From the NCBI GenBank assembly GCA_965279375.1, contig OZ257156.1, positions 1,408,001-1,472,000 on the forward strand: a stretch of 64,000 nt of DNA, written 5' to 3'. This document shows positions 58,209 to 64,000 of the stretch, piece by piece (position 1 is the stretch's first letter; each line of letters opens with the position of its first letter). This stretch comes from Gemmatimonas sp. (GTDB lineage Bacteria > Gemmatimonadota > Gemmatimonadetes > Gemmatimonadales > Gemmatimonadaceae). A program made the translations under genes and the position numbers. The notes below the pieces were generated by a model. It had not been told where the DNA came from. It saw only the letters and a program-made list of their open reading frames with translations, and did not search any database.

Positions 58209-59792
58209 CTATTGCTGTTGTCGTACGGTCGCGGCCACTTCGCGGAGTGTGGGGAGTAGCTGTCCGATCGCGACCGGCGCCGCATTCGGCTGCCCCATTC
58301 CGAAGTACGCATTGCGATACAGTGCGTACAGTCGCTCGTAGGTGGCTACACCGGCGGGCTGCGGCAGAACCTCGCGATACGACGGACAGAGCGCGGCCTG
58401 CGCCGCCTCGATGCTCTCGAACTCACCGCACGCCAAAAACGCGAAGATCGCGCTTCCCAAGCTCGTGATCGGCGTTTCCGGCACTAGCACCGGCATGTCG
58501 AGCACGTTGGCGTAGACCTGATTGAGCACGTCGTTCTTCTGCGGAATGCCGCCGCCGTGAATCACACGACGAATCGGCACGCCGTGCTCGCGCATGCGGT
58601 CAAAGATCACGCGCGTGTGAAACGCCGTCCCTTCGATCGCGGCAAAGAGTTCGTCTTCAGCGGTGCTCGAGAGATTCCAGCCGAACGTGACGCCGCCGAG
58701 GTTCGGGTTGACGAGCACCGTGCGATCGCCGTTGTCCCATGTCAGGCGCAGCAGCCCCGTCTGACCGGCGCGATAGTCTGCGATACCCTCGGAAAGGTCC
58801 CGCACGCTGCGTCCGCTGCGCGCAGCGATCGCTTCAAAGATGTCGCCAACGGCGGAGAGTCCTGCTTCGATGCCCACGTAGCCCGGCTGCACCGAGCCCG
58901 GCACCACGCCGCACACGCCGGGAACGAGGCCAACGTCACGCGCCACACCGATGATGCACGTGCTCGTGCCGATGACGTTCACCATGTCGCCTTCGGCGAC
59001 GCCTGCGCCAACCGCATCCCAGTGTGCGTCGAACGCGCCGACAGGAATCGGAATACCCGCCGTCAGTCCAAGTTGCGCTGCCCACGCCTCGCACAACGTG
59101 CCCGCGATCGCGTCAGAAGTGTGATACGGTCCGTCGAGTTTCTCGCGCACACCCGCCAGCAGCGGATCCACCGCCACGAAGAACTCTTCCGGAGGAAATC
59201 CGCCAAGCGACGCGTTCCAGAGCCACTTGTGCCCCATCGCGCAGATGCTGCGCGGCACACGACGCGCATCGCTGATGCCGCACAGTACGGCCGCCACCAT
59301 GTCGCAGTGCTCGAGCGCAGTGACGAACTGCGAGCGCTTGTCCGGATTGTGGCGCAGCCAGTGCAACAGTTTGGAAAAGCCCCACTCCGACGAATACACA
59401 CCGCCGCACCAGTCGATGGCGGGAACCTTCATCTCGTGCGCCACCGCCGTGATGCGCGCCGCTTCGTGCTTGGAGCGATGATCGCACCACAGGTAGTAGT
59501 CATCGAGCGGCACGAGCCCCTCGCCAACCACGACCACGCTGGAGCCCGTCGTGTCGAGGGCGAGCGCGCGCACATCGCTGCCGGATACATTCGCGTCCTG
59601 CAACGCGAGCCGCATCGCCTCGGTGAGACCACGCATGTGATCGGCGTGTGACTGCGTACCAAAGTCCGGATCGTCACGACGACGGTGCAGCGGATACTCG
59701 CCCACCCCATGCCCGATCACCCCACGTGCGCTGTCCACGATCGACACGCGCACGCTCAGTGTCCCAAAGTCCACGCCCGCAACAATGCTCAC
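58209..59792 (-). CDS. araB: Ribulokinase (FGGY family)
   Basis: GVDFGTLSVR, DTTGSS, YSSEW, CAMGHKW, GAFDAH, GTSTC, WDNGDR, GGIPQKN. GTG 59792. Confidence 0.88.
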   Translation of the reverse strand: MSIVAGVDFGTLSVRVSIVDSARGVIGHGVGEYPLHRRRDDPDFGTQSHADHMRGLTEAMRLALQDANVSGSDVRALALDTTGSSVVVVGEGLVPLDDYYLWCDHRSKHEAARITAVAHEMKVPAIDWCGGVYSSEWGFSKLLHWLRHNPDKRSQFVTALEHCDMVAAVLCGISDARRVPRSICAMGHKWLWNASLGGFPPEEFFVAVDPLLAGVREKLDGPYHTSDAIAGTLCEAWAAQLGLTAGIPIPVGAFDAHWDAVGAGVAEGDMVNVIGTSTCIIGVARDVGLVPGVCGVVPGSVQPGYVGIEAGLSAVGDIFEAIAARSGRSVRDLSEGIADYRAGQTGLLRLTWDNGDRTVLVNPNLGGVTFGWNLSSTAEDELFAAIEGTAFHTRVIFDRMREHGVPIRRVIHGGGIPQKNDVLNQVYANVLDMPVLVPETPITSLGSAIFAFLACGEFESIEAAQAALCPSYREVLPQPAGVATYERLYALYRNAYFGMGQPNAAPVAIGQLLPTLREVAATVRQQQ

Positions 59793-59794
59793 GG

Positions 59795-61369
59795 TCAGCG
59801 ATGCCTCATCACGTCCCAACCCAGATAACGCACCGTCGCTTCGTGCACCGCGTCGGCCACGTGCGAGAAGGATCCCGCTACATGATGCTCGAATCCATTG
59901 CGGCAGATGTGCTGCAACAGCGGCTGCAGACGATCGATCTGCACCACACCCGCGCCACCAAACGTCGTGAGCGGATCCTTGGTGAAGTGCCCCTCGCCCA
60001 CGTAGCCGCGAATGGTGCCAGTGGCATCGTCACTCGAGAAGCGCGCAAAACTCATCGGGCCGGCCTTCACCTTGCCCACGATCGTACCGAAGGTGTTGTC
60101 GCGCCCCACCGTGCCGGCGATGATCTCCTGATAGTCCATGCGCGGCGCTTCAAAAAAGTCGAGCGGCAGGTTGCTGCAGTGGAAGCACACGGCCTTGTCG
60201 GGATCGTCGCCGTAGTTGTTGTTCCAGTCCAGCAGCGCGGCAGGCGACTGCGACGCTAGCGTGAGTGCATACATGCTGATCGTGCCCATCACATCCACTT
60301 CGCACGCACTCGGCAAGTTGATGTTGCTGAGCATGCTCATGACGGTGCACGGCACGACGCCAAAGTACTCTTCCATCGACGTCCAGCACTGCACCGCGCT
60401 GATCGTGACGTCCACTTCCTGCATCCAGCGATCCATCACCAGGCCAAGCTTGGCCATCTTGAGCAGCGCTTCATCGGGCACACCACTCGTGTCCACGTAC
60501 GCCATCATCGCATCGAGCTTGGTCTGCACATGCGAATCGCTGTCACTGAGCTTCGCGATACGGCCCATGATCTCGGACAAGTCGATCGGCTCAACCGAGA
60601 TTCCCGATCGCTCGAGCAGTTTCTCGCTGTAGCGCACCGTCTTGAACGCGGCCGGCCGTGCACCGATCGCGCCGATGCGCGCGCCGCGCAGCCCCTTGGC
60701 CACCCGACACACCGCGGCGAACTGTCGCAGGTCGGCGCGGAACCCCGGTGACTCCGGTCGCTGCGTGTGCACCGAGGTGAGCGAGTAGGCAATGCCGTAC
60801 TGCGAGAGCACGTTGCAGGCCGACATCTTGCCGCAGAAGGCATCGCGGCGGTTGTCGATCAGCATCGTCGCCGGATCATCTGACGTGGCCTGCACCAGGA
60901 CCGGCACATTGAGCCCTGCGAGTCGGATGGTATCCGCGATGGCGCGCTCGTCGCCGAAGTTGGGGAGCGTCACCAGAATGCCGTCGATTCGGTCGCGGTG
61001 CTCACGGAAGAGCGCGGCACACGCCTTGGCCTCGTCGCGGCTTTCGATGGCGCCGTGATTGGTGGCCGCGGCATCGATGATGACCGCGTCGATCCCCTCC
61101 TCCTCGAGGGCGCGCAGGATGTCCACGCGTCCCTTGGCAGCCAGGTGCCCGGGGAAAAAGCCACGGTTGCTGACGATGACGCCGAGTGTAACGCGGCGGA
61201 TGGGCACCGGGCGCTGAGGCGTCACGCGAGCGGCGCGAGCGGCGTCGGCCTTGCCGCCGACGTTGGATTCGAGTTTGTGCAGCGACATGGCGACGAACGG
61301 TGTGGGGGAGTGGGCGGCCAGTGCGGCCACGCCAGAGCCTACTGGGGGTATGTCGGTCGCGCCAGACAC
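59795..61369 (-). CDS. L-fucose/L-arabinose isomerase family protein
   Basis: NRGFFP, LPNFGDE, RRDAFCGK.S, AVQCW, ACEVD, LLDWNNNY, FHCSN, GFEHHV. GGAG RBS. Confidence 0.85.
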   Translation of the reverse strand: MSGATDIPPVGSGVAALAAHSPTPFVAMSLHKLESNVGGKADAARAARVTPQRPVPIRRVTLGVIVSNRGFFPGHLAAKGRVDILRALEEEGIDAVIIDAAATNHGAIESRDEAKACAALFREHRDRIDGILVTLPNFGDERAIADTIRLAGLNVPVLVQATSDDPATMLIDNRRDAFCGKMSACNVLSQYGIAYSLTSVHTQRPESPGFRADLRQFAAVCRVAKGLRGARIGAIGARPAAFKTVRYSEKLLERSGISVEPIDLSEIMGRIAKLSDSDSHVQTKLDAMMAYVDTSGVPDEALLKMAKLGLVMDRWMQEVDVTISAVQCWTSMEEYFGVVPCTVMSMLSNINLPSACEVDVMGTISMYALTLASQSPAALLDWNNNYGDDPDKAVCFHCSNLPLDFFEAPRMDYQEIIAGTVGRDNTFGTIVGKVKAGPMSFARFSSDDATGTIRGYVGEGHFTKDPLTTFGGAGVVQIDRLQPLLQHICRNGFEHHVAGSFSHVADAVHEATVRYLGWDVMRHR

Positions 61370-61370
61370 G

Positions 61371-61406
61371 TTGACGCTCCAAGTGCGCCCAATAGTTTAG
61401 GCGCAC
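61371..61406 (+). promoter_or_regulatory. Compact divergent promoter with inverted-repeat operator
   Basis: TTGACG 61371-61376, 16-bp spacer, TAGTTT 61393-61398. GTGCGCC-N10-GGCGCAC brackets the -10 box. Confidence 0.55.
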
Positions 61407-61441
61407 CGAATGTCCCTTCTCGCCACTTCCTGCGCTACGTC

Positions 61442-62503
61442 GTGAATCAAGCTGCCCAACCTGCGTCGCGCGCTCGCCAGCTGGGCGGCTCGATCGTGCA
61501 TGCACAGCAATTCGGACTCGTCGTCGTGCTGCTGCTCCTCGGCACTGCACTCTCGCTCGGTGCCGGTTCGCACGTCGATCCGCAATCCAATCAGGTCGTC
61601 AACAATTTTCTGAATCGCTACACGCTGATTCAGATGGCCACCGACGCGAGCGCCTTCGCCATCATGGGCGTCGGCGCCACTCTCGTCATCATCGCCGGTG
61701 GTATCGACCTCTCCGTCGGCGCGATCTACGCGCTGGCCGGCGTCGTCATGGCGATGGTGCTGCGCGCGCTTGCTCCCATGGATCCCGCCGTTACGGTGCT
61801 CGTCGGCCTCGGCACCTGCTTGGTGGTCAGCGTCGGCTGCGGGCTTGCCAACGGAGTCATGGTCATCGGGCTCGGCGTGCATCCGTTCATCATCACGCTC
61901 GGCACGATGTGGATTCTGCGCGGCATCGCGTTCGTGAGCAGCCGCGCCGAAAGCATTCTTGTGCCGCAGGCGCTCACCGCGGTCGCCAAGGCGCCGCTCG
62001 GGTTCGGAACGGCGCTCTATCCAGTGCCGCTGCTCAGCATGCTCGTTGTCACCACGGTCGGTGCGCTCTACCTGTCTCGCACGATCTGGGGGCGACACAT
62101 TCTGGCCGTTGGCGGCAACGCAGAAGCGAGCCGCTTCTCCGGGCTCAACGTGCCGCGTATCACGCTCGGCGTGTTCGTCGTGTCTGGGCTGTGCGCGGGT
62201 CTCGCCGCGTTCCTCGGTGCCTCGTTCTACGGATCGGCGACCTCCTCCGACGCGAACGGATACGAGCTCTACGTCATCGCCTCGGCGGTGGTGGGCGGCG
62301 CGTCGCTGTCCGGTGGCAAGGGGAGCGCGATCAGTGCCATGCTCGGCGCGCTGCTCATTGTGATGATGCGGCAGGGCATTCGCACGTTGCATCTGGACCA
62401 GAACTACGAGTGGATCATCATCGGCACGTCGCTGATCATCGCCGTGGTGCTCGATCAGCGCGGTTTCGCTCGTCTCTCGCAGCAGTTCGCCCGCAAGTCC
62501 TGA
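61442..62503 (+). CDS. Sugar ABC transporter permease (RbsC/AraH family)
   Basis: IIAGGIDLSVG, PFIITLGT, AVGGN.EASRFSG, GYELYVIASAVVGGASLSGGKG. Confidence 0.93.
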   Translation: MNQAAQPASRARQLGGSIVHAQQFGLVVVLLLLGTALSLGAGSHVDPQSNQVVNNFLNRYTLIQMATDASAFAIMGVGATLVIIAGGIDLSVGAIYALAGVVMAMVLRALAPMDPAVTVLVGLGTCLVVSVGCGLANGVMVIGLGVHPFIITLGTMWILRGIAFVSSRAESILVPQALTAVAKAPLGFGTALYPVPLLSMLVVTTVGALYLSRTIWGRHILAVGGNAEASRFSGLNVPRITLGVFVVSGLCAGLAAFLGASFYGSATSSDANGYELYVIASAVVGGASLSGGKGSAISAMLGALLIVMMRQGIRTLHLDQNYEWIIIGTSLIIAVVLDQRGFARLSQQFARKS

Positions 62504-62543
62504 CAGTCGCTGGTTTGGAATCCTGACCTACATCGGAGTACAG

Positions 62544-63578
62544 ATGATCACGAAGAATTTGCGCCCGCGCCGGCTGGCGCTCGCGGCGGTTGTACTGCTC
62601 GCGTCCGCATGCGGTGGCACCAAGGAGACCGCGGCCGGAGCCGACTCGACGGCCGGCAAGACGTTCACGATCGCGATGATCGCCAAGAGCTCGACCAATC
62701 CAGTGTTCCTGTCGGGACGACAGGGCGCGGAAGCCGCAGCCGCCGAGCTCTCCAAGGCGAACAACATGACCGTCAAGATCGATTGGCTCACGCCGCCTAA
62801 CGAGGATGGCGCCATTCAATCGCAGCGCATCTCCGAAGCGGTCAACTCGGGCGCGAACGCGATCCTGCTCTCGGCGAGCGATGCGAGCAAGGTGCAGGGC
62901 GCGGTGAATGAGGCCGTCGATCGTGGCGTGCCGGTGATGACCTTCGACAGCGACGTGCCGGACTCCAAGCGCTTCTCGTTCTACGGTGGCGACGACGAGA
63001 AGATGGGGACGCAGGTGATGGACGAGCTCTCCACGCAGCTCGGCGGCAAGGGACGCATCGCCATCATCGCTGGCAACCAGAATGCGCTCAACCTGCAAGC
63101 GCGCGTGCGCGGTGTGCGTGAAGCGGCCAAGAAGTATCCGGGCATCACGGTGGTCGACGCATTCTACCACGCCGAAACGCCACAGGACGCCGCTGCTGAA
63201 GTGCTGCGCATCAAGAACGCCTATCCTGATGTGAACGGCTTCGCGATGATCGGCGGGTGGGCGCTATTCACGCGCACGCTGCTCACCGACCTCGACCCCA
63301 ACAAAATCAAGATCGTCTCGGTCGATGCGTTGCCCGCGGAACTCGAGTACATCGCGGCCGGTCTCGCACCGGTGCTCTTCGCACAGCCCACGTACAGCTG
63401 GGGCTACGTGTCGGTCAACACCATCTTCGATCACGTCTACCTGAAGAAGCCGGCCGCCGCGAAGGTGCAGATGGAGCTGGTGAAGGTGTCGAAGGAGAAC
63501 CTTGGTGAGTGGGCGCGTCAGCTGAAGGCGTGGGGCTTCACCGACGTCGATCCCAAGTTCCTCGCGCTGCCCAAGTAA
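62544..63578 (+). CDS. Sugar ABC transporter periplasmic binding lipoprotein (RbsB-like)
   Basis: Lipobox LASAC, NPVF, GVPVMTFDSD, type I periplasmic binding fold. Confidence 0.92.
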   Translation: MITKNLRPRRLALAAVVLLASACGGTKETAAGADSTAGKTFTIAMIAKSSTNPVFLSGRQGAEAAAAELSKANNMTVKIDWLTPPNEDGAIQSQRISEAVNSGANAILLSASDASKVQGAVNEAVDRGVPVMTFDSDVPDSKRFSFYGGDDEKMGTQVMDELSTQLGGKGRIAIIAGNQNALNLQARVRGVREAAKKYPGITVVDAFYHAETPQDAAAEVLRIKNAYPDVNGFAMIGGWALFTRTLLTDLDPNKIKIVSVDALPAELEYIAAGLAPVLFAQPTYSWGYVSVNTIFDHVYLKKPAAAKVQMELVKVSKENLGEWARQLKAWGFTDVDPKFLALPK

Positions 63579-63590
63579 GCCGCTGTATTC

Positions 63591-64000
63591 GTGAGCACAT
63601 CTCCGGGCACACCACGTATCCGCTTTCGCAACGTCACCAAGCGCTTTCCCGGCATGGTGGCGTTGCGCGATGTGTCCTTCGAGATCGCCGCGGGATCGTG
63701 TCACGCCATCTGCGGTGAGAACGGCGCCGGCAAGAGCACGCTCGGCAAGGTGCTGGCCGGATTGCATCAGCCTGACGAAGGCGTGCTCGAGCTGGATGGT
63801 GAAGCGGTGCGCTTTGCATCGCCGAGCGACGCGCTCAATCGCGGCGTGGCGATGGTGCATCAGGAGCTGGCGTTCTGCGACAACCTGACCGTGGGCGAGA
63901 ACCTGTGTCTGCGCGGTTTGCCGCAGCGCTTTGGTGTGGTCAACAACGCCGAGGTGCGTGCACGCGCGACATCGTTGCTGCAGGCGGTTGATACGCAGAT
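63591..64000 (+). CDS. Sugar ABC transporter ATP-binding protein (3'-truncated; absent from ORF track)
   Basis: Manual translation from GTG 63591: KRFPGMVALRDVSF...HAICGENGAGKSTL...MVHQEL. Confidence 0.92.
   Translation, partial: MSTSPGTPRIRFRNVTKRFPGMVALRDVSFEIAAGSCHAICGENGAGKSTLGKVLAGLHQPDEGVLELDGEAVRFASPSDALNRGVAMVHQELAFCDNLTVGENLCLRGLPQRFGVVNNAEVRARATSLLQAVDTQ

Overview
High-GC bacterial chromosomal window with about 62 protein-coding genes. The gene content (SusC/SusD pair, barrel-less TonB-plug proteins, M14 peptidase, Hanks-type Ser/Thr kinase, PEP-CTERM protein) resembles Gemmatimonadota; this is an inference. I found no rRNA, tRNA, CRISPR array, integrase or transposase. Main blocks: (i) GH20 hexosaminidase and an ABC-F ATPase; (ii) 3.8-20 kb, a run of mostly co-oriented small detox/accessory genes (arr rifampin ADP-ribosyltransferase, GNAT, DUF1801, DUF2200, GyrI-like, two VOC proteins, ArsR-SRPBCC); (iii) a MacAB/LolCDE-like ABC exporter; (iv) a SusC/SusD pair bracketed by two parallel 'DUF1801 + barrel-less TonB-plug protein' modules; (v) a DUF952-cupin fusion, serine hydrolase, ankyrin protein, GH43, DinB, CotH kinase and YdjC; (vi) divergent katG/oxyR with a clear OxyR box; (vii) a pentose (probably L-arabinose/L-ribulose) locus with araD, araB, a non-canonical isomerase, a sugar ABC transporter and an unassigned Tat-exported TIM-barrel protein. 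The most notable non-coding structures are a ~210-bp nested inverted-repeat element between araD and araB, a 12-unit heptamer array between cotH and ydjC, and several strongly folding intergenic spacers. Start codons were often moved downstream of the ORF-track start using RBS, signal-peptide or stop/start-overlap evidence. All family calls come from motif recognition, not database searches.
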